Below, one piece after another: positions 49,087 to 59,274 of a DNA stretch of 64,000 nucleotides (the stretch's first letter is position 1; each line of letters opens with the position of its first letter). The notes beneath the pieces were generated by a model, which saw only the letters and a list, made by a program, of their open reading frames with translations, searched no databases and was not told the origin of the DNA. Position numbers and translations under genes: made by a program. Location: assembly GCA_047947115.1 (NCBI GenBank), contig CP170459.1:512001-576000 (forward strand). The letters are read 5' to 3'. The stretch comes from Verrucomicrobiota bacterium (GTDB lineage Bacteria > Verrucomicrobiota > Verrucomicrobiia > Limisphaerales > AAA164-E04).

Positions 49087-51663
49087 TCAGGTCAAACTGG
49101 AGAATAAATCCAATTGAGGGGAGGGTTCCAGTTTTTTCAGTTTGTCTCTTTCGGCTCGGTGGCGAGTTTTCAATTTTGCCTGCCCGGCCGGGGACAGCTC
49201 TGTCTCTTCAAGATTGCCAAGGATTTGCTTGGCTCGCTGAATCACCTCCAAAGGCACACCAGCCAACCTTGCCACCTGGATGCCATAGCTTTTATCCGTG
49301 CCACCAGGCAGGATCTGGTGGAGGAACACAACCTTATCATTCCATTCTTTGACAGCCACATTGTAGTTGCGAATACGTTTAAGCTTATGCGACAATTCTG
49401 TAAGCTCATGATAATGTGTTGCAAACAGAGTCTTGGCTCCTACTTGATTATGTAAATATTCCACAATGGACCAAGCAAGGCTCAATCCATCAAACGTACT
49501 CGTTCCACGACCGATTTCATCCAGTATCACGAGACTCCTGGACGTTGCATTATTCAGAATATTTGCAGTTTCACTCATCTCAACCATGAAGGTTGACTGT
49601 CCCCGTGAAAGATCATCACTTGCACCAATGCGTGTAAAGATACGATCCATCACTCCGATCGTAGCTGATCTGGCTGGTATAAAAGACCCAGTATGAGCCA
49701 TAAGCGCAAGCAAGGCAGTCTGACGAATGAATGTGCTTTTACCAGCCATATTCGGACCAGTGATGAGAGCGATTTGTTCGTCATCTTGCCCAAGACTCGA
49801 GTTGTTTGGGACAAAACGTTCTCCGTGTAATGTTTGTTCAAGCACCGGATGCCGTCCTTGCTCAATGACACATTCCCCGCCATCGGTGATTTGGGGTCGG
49901 CAATAATCCTGCATACGCGCCAACTCCGCAAAAGAACTTATTACGTCCAAATCAGCAATCGCCGCTGCCGTTTGCTGAACTTGATTCAGGTAGGACAAAA
50001 CCTTCTCCCTCACTGCCAGGAATAGGTCGTACTCCAATTTGGCCGCCCGCTCTTCGGCCCCAAGTATTTTCACTTCCACTTCTTTAAGAGATTCGGTGAT
50101 ATATCGTTCTCCATTGGCAATGGTTTGCTTGCGGATATAATGTTCTGGAACTTTGTCCAAATGGGTTTTGGTCACTTCAACAAAGTAACCAAAAACCGAA
50201 TTAAATTTAACTTTGAGTGACGGAATATCAGTACGCTCAATTTCTTCGGTCTGGAATTTGGCGATCCAGGCTTTGCCATCTTTTTTGGCTGACAGGATTT
50301 CATCCAGATCAGCATTGAACCCTTGTCTTATCAGGTTCCCCTCCTTGAGTGTCGCAGCTGGTTCTTCAATGATGGCACCAGAAATCAATTGCACTAAATC
50401 AGGTAAGGAATGGATGCGATCTCCCAATTCCGCCAACAAACAACCCGTCCCACCATCAACAGGCGGTGTTTCAATATTCAGTTGTGGTTCTGGTAGTTGA
50501 TCATTGGATCCAAGATCGTTCAGCACTGCTTTCAAAGCAGGAATGCATTCGAGGCCACATTTTAAAGCAATGAGATCTCTGGCGTTGCCCGAGCCTATAC
50601 TCAATCTGCTCATGGTCCGCTCCAAGTCTTTGATCGATTTGAGAGCAAATCTGAACTTTTCCAGTGATTCCGATCGGTGCACCCAGTTTTCAACTGCATC
50701 CTGACGTTTAACAATCGCTTCTCGATCTGATAATGGACAGGACAGCCATTCCTTGAGTCGCCGCGCGCCCATAGGTGTGATGGTTCGATTGACGGCAAAG
50801 AAAAGACTTTGAGAATTCGATGTTTTTTGATGATTTGATTCGAGAATCTCCAAATGCCTGAGTGTCACCGAATCCAAAACAACAAATTCAGTGGGCTCAT
50901 AGGTTTTAATTCGAGTTAAATGACGCACATCACGTCGCAGCTGGTGGACAAGGTAATGCAAGATACCACCTGCAGCTCCAATGGCACTTTCCTTATGAGT
51001 TAATCCGTATCCATCCAAAGATTTAACTTTGAAATGCTCCAACAACGTGAAAGTCGCGGTATCCAGTTGAAATACCCAATCATCATACTCGCTGACAACT
51101 GCCTTTATATCAGCCAACAACGACTTAATCTTCGAATCATCCGTAGGCACGATGATTTCAGATGGTTGCATTCGCTGAAGCTCTGTTAACACTTCATCGG
51201 AATGTTGAAGGTATGCGGCACTGAAATCACCAGTTGTTAAATCGACAAAAGCTACACCGTAATTTTTCTGAGACCGGAAAACTGATGCCAAATAGTTATG
51301 TGACTCTGACACCAACAACTTTTCATCGAAATGTGCTCCAGGACTGATGATCTGAGTGACTGCCCTTTTGACCAATTTTCCGGGTTTGGCCTCTTCCACC
51401 TGATCACATATAGCGACTTTTTTACCCGCTTCCAGGATTTTGGAAATGTAACTGGAAGCGGCGTGATAGGGAATCCCACACATTGGAGTCGTTCCGCGCT
51501 TCGTGAGTGCTACATTCAATATACTTGCTCCATTTTGAGCATCTTCAAAAAACATTTCGTAAAAATCTCCCAAACGAAACAGCAACAAGGTATCTGTAGG
51601 CATCTCTGCCCTGATACTTCTGTATTGCTCCATCATGGGAGTGGTACTTTTGCCTTTTGTCAT
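49087..51663 (-). CDS. mutS: DNA mismatch repair protein MutS
   Basis: TPMMEQY, FRLGDFYEMF, TGPNMAGKST, DEIGRGTS, FATHYHEL. Confidence 0.97.
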   Translation of the reverse strand: MTKGKSTTPMMEQYRSIRAEMPTDTLLLFRLGDFYEMFFEDAQNGASILNVALTKRGTTPMCGIPYHAASSYISKILEAGKKVAICDQVEEAKPGKLVKRAVTQIISPGAHFDEKLLVSESHNYLASVFRSQKNYGVAFVDLTTGDFSAAYLQHSDEVLTELQRMQPSEIIVPTDDSKIKSLLADIKAVVSEYDDWVFQLDTATFTLLEHFKVKSLDGYGLTHKESAIGAAGGILHYLVHQLRRDVRHLTRIKTYEPTEFVVLDSVTLRHLEILESNHQKTSNSQSLFFAVNRTITPMGARRLKEWLSCPLSDREAIVKRQDAVENWVHRSESLEKFRFALKSIKDLERTMSRLSIGSGNARDLIALKCGLECIPALKAVLNDLGSNDQLPEPQLNIETPPVDGGTGCLLAELGDRIHSLPDLVQLISGAIIEEPAATLKEGNLIRQGFNADLDEILSAKKDGKAWIAKFQTEEIERTDIPSLKVKFNSVFGYFVEVTKTHLDKVPEHYIRKQTIANGERYITESLKEVEVKILGAEERAAKLEYDLFLAVREKVLSYLNQVQQTAAAIADLDVISSFAELARMQDYCRPQITDGGECVIEQGRHPVLEQTLHGERFVPNNSSLGQDDEQIALITGPNMAGKSTFIRQTALLALMAHTGSFIPARSATIGVMDRIFTRIGASDDLSRGQSTFMVEMSETANILNNATSRSLVILDEIGRGTSTFDGLSLAWSIVEYLHNQVGAKTLFATHYHELTELSHKLKRIRNYNVAVKEWNDKVVFLHQILPGGTDKSYGIQVARLAGVPLEVIQRAKQILGNLEETELSPAGQAKLKTRHRAERDKLKKLEPSPQLDLFSSLT

Positions 51664-51702
51664 GTGTTGATTAAACTACATAATTGAGTTCGTACAAAAA
51701 AC

Positions 51703-51734
51703 AAAAAAAAGCGCGAGATAAACTCGCGCTTTTT
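51703..51734 (-). terminator. Rho-independent terminator
   Basis: AAAAAAAAGCGCGAG / CTCGCGCTTTTT inverted repeat. Confidence 0.85.
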
Positions 51735-51759
51735 GGGAATTGATTAAGCAAATATGAGA

Positions 51760-52401
51760 TTACTTACGACGGCGTATGTAGCCAAATCCGAAAAGCGATC
51801 CGATGCCCATCACAGCAAGAGCAACTGTTCCTGGCTCAGGAACGGCAACCACTTGTGCTGCAAAGTTAGCTGTAGCGAAAGGGATCTGCTCCAAGGCCCA
51901 ATCGCCGTTCGCGCCACGAACCCACATATCGTCGAAGCTGGAACCAACCAGCGGAGGGTTACGGAGCAACAGGCCAACGTCCTGGGTGTTTTGCAGATCG
52001 TTGAATTCAATGGTAAAGGTAAAAAACTCGCTACCCAGAGGAACTGAGATGCCAGTGACTTCGACAGTGTTGAAGTCAGCCGCCAAATCAAAGGCGCCAC
52101 TTTGGAAAAGTGTAGTTCCAGGCGCGCCGTTGGCTCCGTCGTTCGCATGGAATCGGACGATACCGGTTCCTGCAGCTTCGGAAGAATAATATTCCAAACG
52201 GAATTCCGTGACGACGTTGGCATCACCTGCCAAATTCACCTGATCGCCAAACTCCAAGGAATTGTCTGCGGGCGAAAATCGGCCCAAAACAGGATCGGAG
52301 GAGTTATCATAGGCTACTATTTGAGCTTGTGCTGTATTAATTGCGGCTGCGGCCGCTATGGCACAAACCAATCCCTTTAACAAGTTCTTACTGGTTCTCA
52401 T
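51760..52401 (-). CDS. PEP-CTERM sorted surface protein
   Basis: Signal peptide; C-terminus VPEPGT + TM + RRRK. Confidence 0.92.
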   Translation of the reverse strand: MRTSKNLLKGLVCAIAAAAAINTAQAQIVAYDNSSDPVLGRFSPADNSLEFGDQVNLAGDANVVTEFRLEYYSSEAAGTGIVRFHANDGANGAPGTTLFQSGAFDLAADFNTVEVTGISVPLGSEFFTFTIEFNDLQNTQDVGLLLRNPPLVGSSFDDMWVRGANGDWALEQIPFATANFAAQVVAVPEPGTVALAVMGIGSLFGFGYIRRRK

Positions 52402-52486
52402 ATTCGCGTTTATCTTGTCAGTTGCTAATGCTTCTACTTCAAATTACTGGAACTACAAAGGCAAATCCCTATCTGTGATGCCCCGC

Positions 52487-52515
52487 AGATTAATCTCCTC
52501 TTCCCGCAATGTCAA
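52487..52515 (-). promoter_or_regulatory. Sigma70-type promoter of the PEP-CTERM gene
   Basis: TTGACA-N17-TAATCT on the minus strand. Confidence 0.6.
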
Positions 52516-52671
52516 GCGATTAATATCACCTACTTCACTTTTTGGAATATCTTGAGCCAAATCATGACTCTTTTTCCTCCAGAGCTAAGTTGAAGTTACT
52601 TACACCCCAACAAATGTCAAGTGAATATTAAATAGTTTGACATCGCTCTTTTCAGGTTACCTTGCCATCAG

Positions 52672-53085
52672 ATGGACACGCATTCCAAATTGGTCGGCTA
52701 TTTGCTATGGATTTTCGGTTTCACCGGTTCTCACCGGTTTTATTTCGGCAAACCCATATCCGGCACCATTTGGCTCTGCACTGGGAGATTATTCCTGATA
52801 GGATGGCTAGTCGACCTTTTCTTGATTCCAGGCATGGATCGCGAGGCGGATCGCCGCTTCACCCAGGGAACAGCCAGTTACACCATAGCTTCGGTGCTAT
52901 TGACTTTTTTCGGTTACCTTGGCCTGCACCGACTCTATCTTGGCAAGCTAAGCGGTTTGATTCTTTTAGCCATCACGCTGCTAGCCATCATGATTCCTCC
53001 GTTGGCGCTCATTTCAATCCTCTTTATCGCAGTGGATTTCTGGACACTCAATGATCAGGTCAGTGAAAAAAACGCGGGACATTGA
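52672..53085 (+). CDS. TM2-domain (NINE) membrane protein
   Basis: Two GxHR(F/L)Y(F/L)GK motifs. Confidence 0.85.
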   Translation: MDTHSKLVGYLLWIFGFTGSHRFYFGKPISGTIWLCTGRLFLIGWLVDLFLIPGMDREADRRFTQGTASYTIASVLLTFFGYLGLHRLYLGKLSGLILLAITLLAIMIPPLALISILFIAVDFWTLNDQVSEKNAGH

Positions 53086-53098
53086 CAGGTGAGCGACT

Positions 53099-53968
53099 TC
53101 AAGGCGCCGTGAGATTAATCCAAAACTGGCGCCAAGGGGTTCTGATTTCGGGATCTCTTGAATAAACAGCCTGGAAACTGTTCCCCTTCACACTCAACTG
53201 GTCTCGTCCATTCATCTGATAGTTGAATCCAGTGATTGTGTAACGCTCAGGCAAATCACCCTTGGCGGCGATACGTTCCTCCAAAAACACTTCGCCCGCT
53301 GTCAACCAGATAAGGCGATCCTGACCCGCGGAAATACCTGCGTGGGGCCGATGTAAATAAACCTGATCAGGATCCTTGTCTCGAACGTGAAAAACGGTCC
53401 CGAGCACATAATATTCATCGGAATCCTCTTTTTCTGAGGCAACCACATTCCAACCGAACCCGTCACCTATCCAAGCAAATTGGACCGAGTGAATCCAAAA
53501 AGCATGGAAGCCTTCAACTTTCACAGGCGGGTTCTGGTTGATCTGCGGGAACCAATAATGGTCCACCTCCATCTTATCCCACACACCGTACCATTTTCCC
53601 TCGAATGCCGAGAATGCCTGTTGCGGTTCCAAACCATGATTATCACCTTCAAGCGCCTGAAAGAGACGCTTGTGCTTCAATCGAAATCCTTTGACGTTGT
53701 TTTCCTTGGCGAGGTGGTCTCCGACCAGCTTTTGAAATCGCACCACGGCCTCACTGAGTATCTCGGCCTGAGTCAGGCCAGCAGCATTTTTCAAGAGTAG
53801 ATTACGTCGAAATTTTTCTGCTTCCTTGATACCTTTCTCAAACAAATCGGCGCTGATGGAAGGGTATTCAGTTGGCACCACCCACGACCAATCTGCCAGA
53901 GACCGCACTGGCAGAAGGAGAACCAATGCCAGCATTAAGTTCATTGGACGAAAACAAGACTGAGACAT
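53099..53968 (-). CDS. Hypothetical secreted protein
   Basis: Signal-peptide-like N-terminus; 289-aa ORF filling the gap. Confidence 0.6.
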   Translation of the reverse strand: MSQSCFRPMNLMLALVLLLPVRSLADWSWVVPTEYPSISADLFEKGIKEAEKFRRNLLLKNAAGLTQAEILSEAVVRFQKLVGDHLAKENNVKGFRLKHKRLFQALEGDNHGLEPQQAFSAFEGKWYGVWDKMEVDHYWFPQINQNPPVKVEGFHAFWIHSVQFAWIGDGFGWNVVASEKEDSDEYYVLGTVFHVRDKDPDQVYLHRPHAGISAGQDRLIWLTAGEVFLEERIAAKGDLPERYTITGFNYQMNGRDQLSVKGNSFQAVYSRDPEIRTPWRQFWINLTAP

Positions 53969-54103
53969 ACCTCACCATGTTCGCATCCATGCTCCAAGTC
54001 AACTCAAGGAGACCGCCCAAAAGTGATCTTTCAAATAACTTGAAGAAACCGAGCTCTTGGCATCATGCTTTGCACAAAGCATATCGTCTATTTAAGATAT
54101 CCC

Positions 54104-55663
54104 ATGAGAGATTCAAAATCGGCATATCAATCCAGCAACAACGGCCCATTATCTTTGCTGGTCCTGACGGTTCTGGTCGTCGTCGGAGCGGCGGCATGGT
54201 TTCAAAGCGGCTCCTCGACAACTTCCAAGCCAGGCAACGCCATCGTCGTCTATTGCGCGGCAGGCATGCGCAAGCCTGTGGAGGAAGCGGCAATTGCTTT
54301 CCAGAAGGAATTCAATGTGGAAGTGCGGCTTGATTACGGTTCCAGTGGTGAATTGGAAGGCAAACTCGAACTCGAGAGAACTAGTCGGACGCCAAGGTGC
54401 GATCTTTACATTCCGGCAGACCTCTCATTTGCTGAACGCGCCAGGGAAAAGGAGCTGACCAGTGAAAACATACCTTTGGCACGGTTTGAGCTTGTCTTGG
54501 CCGCCGCACCGGATCATCCCTCCATACCACAGACACTGTCCATTGACTCCATGCTGAAAACCGACATTCCCTATGGTATTTGCGACGAAAAGGCGGGAGC
54601 AGGTAAAAAAACCCGCGAGATGCTATCGGATTTGAATTTGTGGGAAGATGTTCAATCTCAGGCAAGAGTCACTTTTCCCCGGGTCACGGAGTTGGCAGGA
54701 GCCATCAAGACATCGGAGACAGTTCATGCCGGTTTTATCTGGGATTCCACCGCAAAACAGTTTGGTCTCAGTATCATTAAACTCTCGGAGCTCAAAAAAA
54801 ACACCTCGGACATTTCCGCCAATGTCGCCACCACCAGTCAAAACCCAATCTGGGCTCTGCGATTTGCCCGATACCTTGCCGCCCCTGAAAAAGGAGCTCC
54901 GCTCTTTGAAAAGCACCATTTCACTCCGGCTGGAGGGGATGCATGGGAATTGCAACCAGAAGTTGTCTTCTACTGTGGCGGAGTGAACCGGGACGCCATA
55001 GCATCCGCTTTGAACCGATTTCAGGAAAGAGAGGGCTGCATCATCAAAACCCAGTTCGCAGGCTGCGGAACACTTGTGGGAAGCATCCAATCGGGGCGCC
55101 TGAACCTCCCGGATGCCTTCATGACCTGTGACACCAGTTACATGTCCATGGTACAAGGAGATTTTCAACAAGCCACCGACGTATCCAGCACTCATATCTG
55201 CATGTTGGTTCGCAAAGGAAACCCCAAAGAAATTCACACACTACAGGATCTTGCCAAACCAGGCATCGCCATCGGCACTACCGATCCACAAATGAGCACT
55301 CTGGGCGCGCTGAGCCACGCGATTTTCGAAGATATCGGCATCAAGGAAACTATCAGGGATCAACAATCCATCATTGTGACCGCACCAACCGCACATGAAC
55401 TGATCCTGCAAATGGAAGGCCATGACAAACTGGATGTCGCGCTGGTCTATGAGGCCAATTGCCAAAATCTCGAAAGCAATGTCGAGACCGTGGCAATAGA
55501 CCACCCGCTTGCGCTGGCGACTCAAAACATCGCGGCAGCCCGACAAACCCGTTTCCCCGCTTTGATGGCGCGTCTCATGAACGAAGTATTATCAGCTGAA
55601 TCCAAAAAATCATTTACCGAACACGGGTTTCACTGGGAAGCCCCCTCCTCTCCTCACCCATGA
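54104..55663 (+). CDS. ABC substrate-binding protein with two tandem ModA-like domains
   Basis: TM anchor; domain 1 YCAAGM...YGSSGEL; domain 2 YCGGVN...FAGCGTL. Confidence 0.8.
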   Translation: MRDSKSAYQSSNNGPLSLLVLTVLVVVGAAAWFQSGSSTTSKPGNAIVVYCAAGMRKPVEEAAIAFQKEFNVEVRLDYGSSGELEGKLELERTSRTPRCDLYIPADLSFAERAREKELTSENIPLARFELVLAAAPDHPSIPQTLSIDSMLKTDIPYGICDEKAGAGKKTREMLSDLNLWEDVQSQARVTFPRVTELAGAIKTSETVHAGFIWDSTAKQFGLSIIKLSELKKNTSDISANVATTSQNPIWALRFARYLAAPEKGAPLFEKHHFTPAGGDAWELQPEVVFYCGGVNRDAIASALNRFQEREGCIIKTQFAGCGTLVGSIQSGRLNLPDAFMTCDTSYMSMVQGDFQQATDVSSTHICMLVRKGNPKEIHTLQDLAKPGIAIGTTDPQMSTLGALSHAIFEDIGIKETIRDQQSIIVTAPTAHELILQMEGHDKLDVALVYEANCQNLESNVETVAIDHPLALATQNIAAARQTRFPALMARLMNEVLSAESKKSFTEHGFHWEAPSSPHP

Positions 55664-56502
55664 ATCAAGCGGAAGGCTCCTCACACCCCACTCCCGGCGA
55701 GACTGCCCAGACAAAATTCAAAGTCAGGTCCGATTTGCCGTTTATCCTCGGACTATGCCTGCTGGGCGGGTTTTACGTGGTGATGATTTTGTTAATGGTG
55801 CTGGCCGACCTTCATTACACGGACGCATCCAGCCTGAAGCAAATCCTGGGTAAACGTGAAATTCAGTTCTCCATCAAGCTCAGCCTGATCAGTTGCACGC
55901 TGTCCACTCTGTTTTCACTATGGATTTCAGTGCCGATCGGCTATTTAATGTCACGATTTCAGTTCCGATTCAAATCGGTCGTGGATACAATCTTGGACAT
56001 CCCGATCGTACTTCCTCCATTGGTTGTAGGACTGAGCCTGCTGATCCTTTTCAACTATGCTCCTTTCAAATGGCTCAGCAAATGGGTGGTATTTGAAATG
56101 CCTGCAGTCATCCTGGCTCAATTCATGGTGGCCTGCGCCTTTGCAGTGCGAACCATGCGGGTCACATTCGACCAGATTCCCGAGCGTTACGAGCAGGTCG
56201 CCATGACCCTGGGCTGCAACCGCAGCCAGGCATTCTGGAAAGTCATTTTTCCACAAGCCAAAAGAGGACTCCTGGCGGCAGGCACCCTGGCCTGGGCTCG
56301 TTCTCTGGGTGAATTCGGTCCCATCCTGGTCTTTGCCGGTTCAACCAGCATGCGAACAGAGGTGCTGCCGACTTCGGTCTATCTCGAAATGCAAAGCGGC
56401 AACTTGAAAGGCATGCTTTCGGTATCCATTGTCATGATCCTTCTCTCAGCCGTCGTGTTGATCATGGCAAGACTCTTCGGCATGCAAAGGATCAACGCAT
56501 GA
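55660..56502 (+). CDS. ABC permease, ModB-like
   Basis: DIPIVLPPLVVG, ARSLGEFG. Confidence 0.85.
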   Translation: MNQAEGSSHPTPGETAQTKFKVRSDLPFILGLCLLGGFYVVMILLMVLADLHYTDASSLKQILGKREIQFSIKLSLISCTLSTLFSLWISVPIGYLMSRFQFRFKSVVDTILDIPIVLPPLVVGLSLLILFNYAPFKWLSKWVVFEMPAVILAQFMVACAFAVRTMRVTFDQIPERYEQVAMTLGCNRSQAFWKVIFPQAKRGLLAAGTLAWARSLGEFGPILVFAGSTSMRTEVLPTSVYLEMQSGNLKGMLSVSIVMILLSAVVLIMARLFGMQRINA

Positions 56503-57146
56503 TCAAACTCGACGCCATCAAGCTGAAGCAGGGAGGGTTTGCCCTCGAAAACCTGACCCTGGAAGTGCCGGGAGGCGCGTATGCGGCCTTGATGGGAAAA
56601 AGCGGTTGCGGAAAAACAACGGTGCTGGAAATCATCTGCGGATTACGCCCAGTCCTTGCCGGCAAAGTTTATCTTGGTGATCGGGATGTGACACATCTCA
56701 AACCGGCCGAGCGCGGTATCGGATATGTCCCTCAGGATAGAGCACTTTTTCCAACCATGAAAGTGCGCCATCAACTCGCGTTCTCCCTTCAATTAAGGCG
56801 CCGCCCAGTGGAAGAAGTTGCCGAACGAGTCGACGAATTGGCCCAGTGGTTGGAAATCGACCACATTCTGGACCGCATGCCCGACAAACTCAGCGGAGGC
56901 GAATCCCAGCGTGTGGCTCTGGGCAGAGCATTGGCCAGTAAACCTCAGTTGCTTTGTCTAGATGAACCCTTGAGCGCTCTGGATGAGACATTGCATGATG
57001 ACATGTGTTCATTACTGTCGAAAATCCATCAGGAAGCGGCCATCACCATACTGCACGTCACCCACAGCCGAAGGGAAGCCGAGCGACTGGCTGATCAATT
57101 ATGGCGTTTTCAGGACGGACAAGTCACGTTGGACTCCAAAACATGA
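56499..57146 (+). CDS. ABC ATPase, ModC/CysA-like
   Basis: GKSGCGKT, LSGGE, CLDEP, VTH. Confidence 0.9.
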   Translation: MIKLDAIKLKQGGFALENLTLEVPGGAYAALMGKSGCGKTTVLEIICGLRPVLAGKVYLGDRDVTHLKPAERGIGYVPQDRALFPTMKVRHQLAFSLQLRRRPVEEVAERVDELAQWLEIDHILDRMPDKLSGGESQRVALGRALASKPQLLCLDEPLSALDETLHDDMCSLLSKIHQEAAITILHVTHSRREAERLADQLWRFQDGQVTLDSKT

Positions 57147-57161
57147 CCCCCACCCCATGAT

Positions 57162-58028
57162 TCAAATCTTCTTCAACAAACGATTGATTGTCGATTCACA
57201 AGAAGATGCATAGGTGCTACCAAACAGATTGAAGTGGTTCAACTCATGATACAGTCGGTATAAGTCCCTGCGCGAATCGAATCCCGCCGCGAAAGGTTTT
57301 TCAGCGGCATAGCCACGATAAAAATCATCTGTAAAACCACCAAACATATCCACCATACCAAACTCGGCTTCAGCATCACCATAATACGAAGCTGGATCAA
57401 ACACCACTGGCACACCACTCTTCAACGCAGCCATATTGCCGGACCATAAATCGCCGTGGAGCAATGACGGGATCGGTTCATAATCGGTGAAAAAAACTTC
57501 CAGTACTCCCAAGAGTTGATCGCTCCCAGCAAAAACACGTCCTCTGCGTCGAGCCAGATCAAACTGCCACCCCAAACGATGATCTCGCCAGAAGGCAACC
57601 CAATCATCCGACCTTGGATTCGGTTGCGGAGTCCTTCCGATGGTATTGTCCCGAAACCAGCCAAAGTAAGGCTGACGGATACGATGCAAGCGAGCCAACT
57701 GTTTCCCTAGCTCTCGTTGAGAATCACCCACACAAGATTGCATCTCCAAATAATCAGTTACCAACCAGGCATACCCCTCGCTTTCCCCCCAAGCCAAGGG
57801 CTTGGGGACACACAACGTGCGAGTGACCGCCAGTTGCTCCAGAGCCTTGCATTCGGACTCGAACATGCCAGCCATGGAAGCATGGTGACGTTTGACAAAA
57901 AAATCGATATGACCATCAGACAGTCTGAATGACTCACTGATACATCCCCCCCCAATGGATACCCTTTGCTTCGCATAAAAAGAGCGTCCGATCGAACTCG
58001 ATATGGTGTCAAAAACACTTTCCCACAT
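57162..58028 (-). CDS. Fructosamine kinase family protein
   Basis: GGGCI, FFVK, LLHGDLWSGN, FDPA.YYGD.E, HFNLFG. Confidence 0.9.
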   Translation of the reverse strand: MWESVFDTISSSIGRSFYAKQRVSIGGGCISESFRLSDGHIDFFVKRHHASMAGMFESECKALEQLAVTRTLCVPKPLAWGESEGYAWLVTDYLEMQSCVGDSQRELGKQLARLHRIRQPYFGWFRDNTIGRTPQPNPRSDDWVAFWRDHRLGWQFDLARRRGRVFAGSDQLLGVLEVFFTDYEPIPSLLHGDLWSGNMAALKSGVPVVFDPASYYGDAEAEFGMVDMFGGFTDDFYRGYAAEKPFAAGFDSRRDLYRLYHELNHFNLFGSTYASSCESTINRLLKKI

Positions 58029-58048
58029 GACTCCCGATTCATAACAAA

Positions 58049-58232
58049 TCAGGGCAAAGAAGCACCCTTTTTCCAGGATTCCTTCAGGTGGGCACCAGAC
58101 AGTCCGCTTCGACTTAGAAAAGCGCCTCTCAAATCCGCAAAACCAAGATCAGCTCCTTGAAACGACGTTTCCCTCAGATTGGCATGACACAAATTGGCAT
58201 GACTAAGGTCCGCGCCGATCAACACGCCCCGG
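58049..58232 (-). pseudogene. Pentapeptide-repeat remnant
   Basis: ADLSH-ANLCH-ANLRE-TSFQG-ADLGF-ADLRG-AFLSR; no credible start. Confidence 0.55.
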
Positions 58233-58431
58233 GGAGATTCGCGACGGCAAGCAAACGATTGCCAAAACTCAGCCCGATGGGGTGCACCGGTGCGGTTTCC
58301 CAATTAACAAACGTGATGTCAGCCTGACCAACCACCCTCAAGGATGCGATCCCTATGAGCACCCCCCTCATAAAATGATCCCTTGGCCGGGAAAGCCCGA
58401 GAAGTAGCGTACGAAAACTCTGAATGTTCAT
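58219..58431 (-). pseudogene. N-terminal fragment resembling a YncE/YVTN beta-propeller protein
   Basis: Signal-like stretch then FVNWETAPVHPIGLS...LLAVANLP, then an abrupt stop. Confidence 0.4.
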
Positions 58432-58509
58432 GACACTCGTGGTAAAGCGATTGATGTCTGGTTCCGCCTGAAAACCAGGCAGGATGCATGCACAACAGAT
58501 CCAAAAAGG

Positions 58510-59196
58510 TTACCGTCGCCGAATAAACATTTCGGACTGATAACGTTCTGAAGCCAACAGATCAATATGATGCCGGTCATTGTCGGTGAGATGCACCATC
58601 GACCACTCTATTCCGTATTTTTCTGTTCCAACCCTTTTGAGGGCGTCTTGCCAAGCTGCTCGCCCCAGCCCCTGTGAGGTCCCAGGCAGTTGAACCGATC
58701 CCTGAATCAGCAATCCCTGCTTGGTGCGACGTTGCGCTGCGCCGGCAACTTTAAATCCTTTGTAAAGGACGTCATGCTTTTCAGCTCCTATGAAACACTG
58801 GCCAGGCCCGGAAACAATTGCTTCCTCAGCAAGCGAAGTCTCCAATCCCATGGACTGGAAACTGGCATTCAACCAGCTGTGCATGCGGCAGTAACTTTCA
58901 CATGCTTTCAAGCGATACCAATCACTGGTGATGGGAATCGCAACGCAATAGGTCCAGTCACTGACATGAGACACCAATCCGCCACCAGTCAGCCGCCGCA
59001 CCAGAGGACGAACTGGGGTGAGCGCAGCAATCTCTTCATAGGATTGAAAATACCCAAACGACATCGCTTCCATGTCCCATCCATAGCAACGCAATACCGG
59101 CGTGCGGCGTTCGTTTGCCACGGAAAGCAGGTATTCATCGGTCGCCATGTTGTCCCATGGCGAACCCAGCGGTGATATGAGGAGTCCCCATTGCAT
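58510..59196 (-). CDS. Lipoate-protein ligase A/LipM-family protein
   Basis: NMATDE, LR.YGW, VRRLTGGG, KVAGAAQRR, QGS. Confidence 0.88.
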   Translation of the reverse strand: MQWGLLISPLGSPWDNMATDEYLLSVANERRTPVLRCYGWDMEAMSFGYFQSYEEIAALTPVRPLVRRLTGGGLVSHVSDWTYCVAIPITSDWYRLKACESYCRMHSWLNASFQSMGLETSLAEEAIVSGPGQCFIGAEKHDVLYKGFKVAGAAQRRTKQGLLIQGSVQLPGTSQGLGRAAWQDALKRVGTEKYGIEWSMVHLTDNDRHHIDLLASERYQSEMFIRRR

Positions 59197-59274
59197 GCCA
59201 AGAACTATGATCCAAGCGTAGGTTCAATCAAGTTCGGTCTGTTCGGAAGGCAAATTTTCCATAAGAATCATCGA

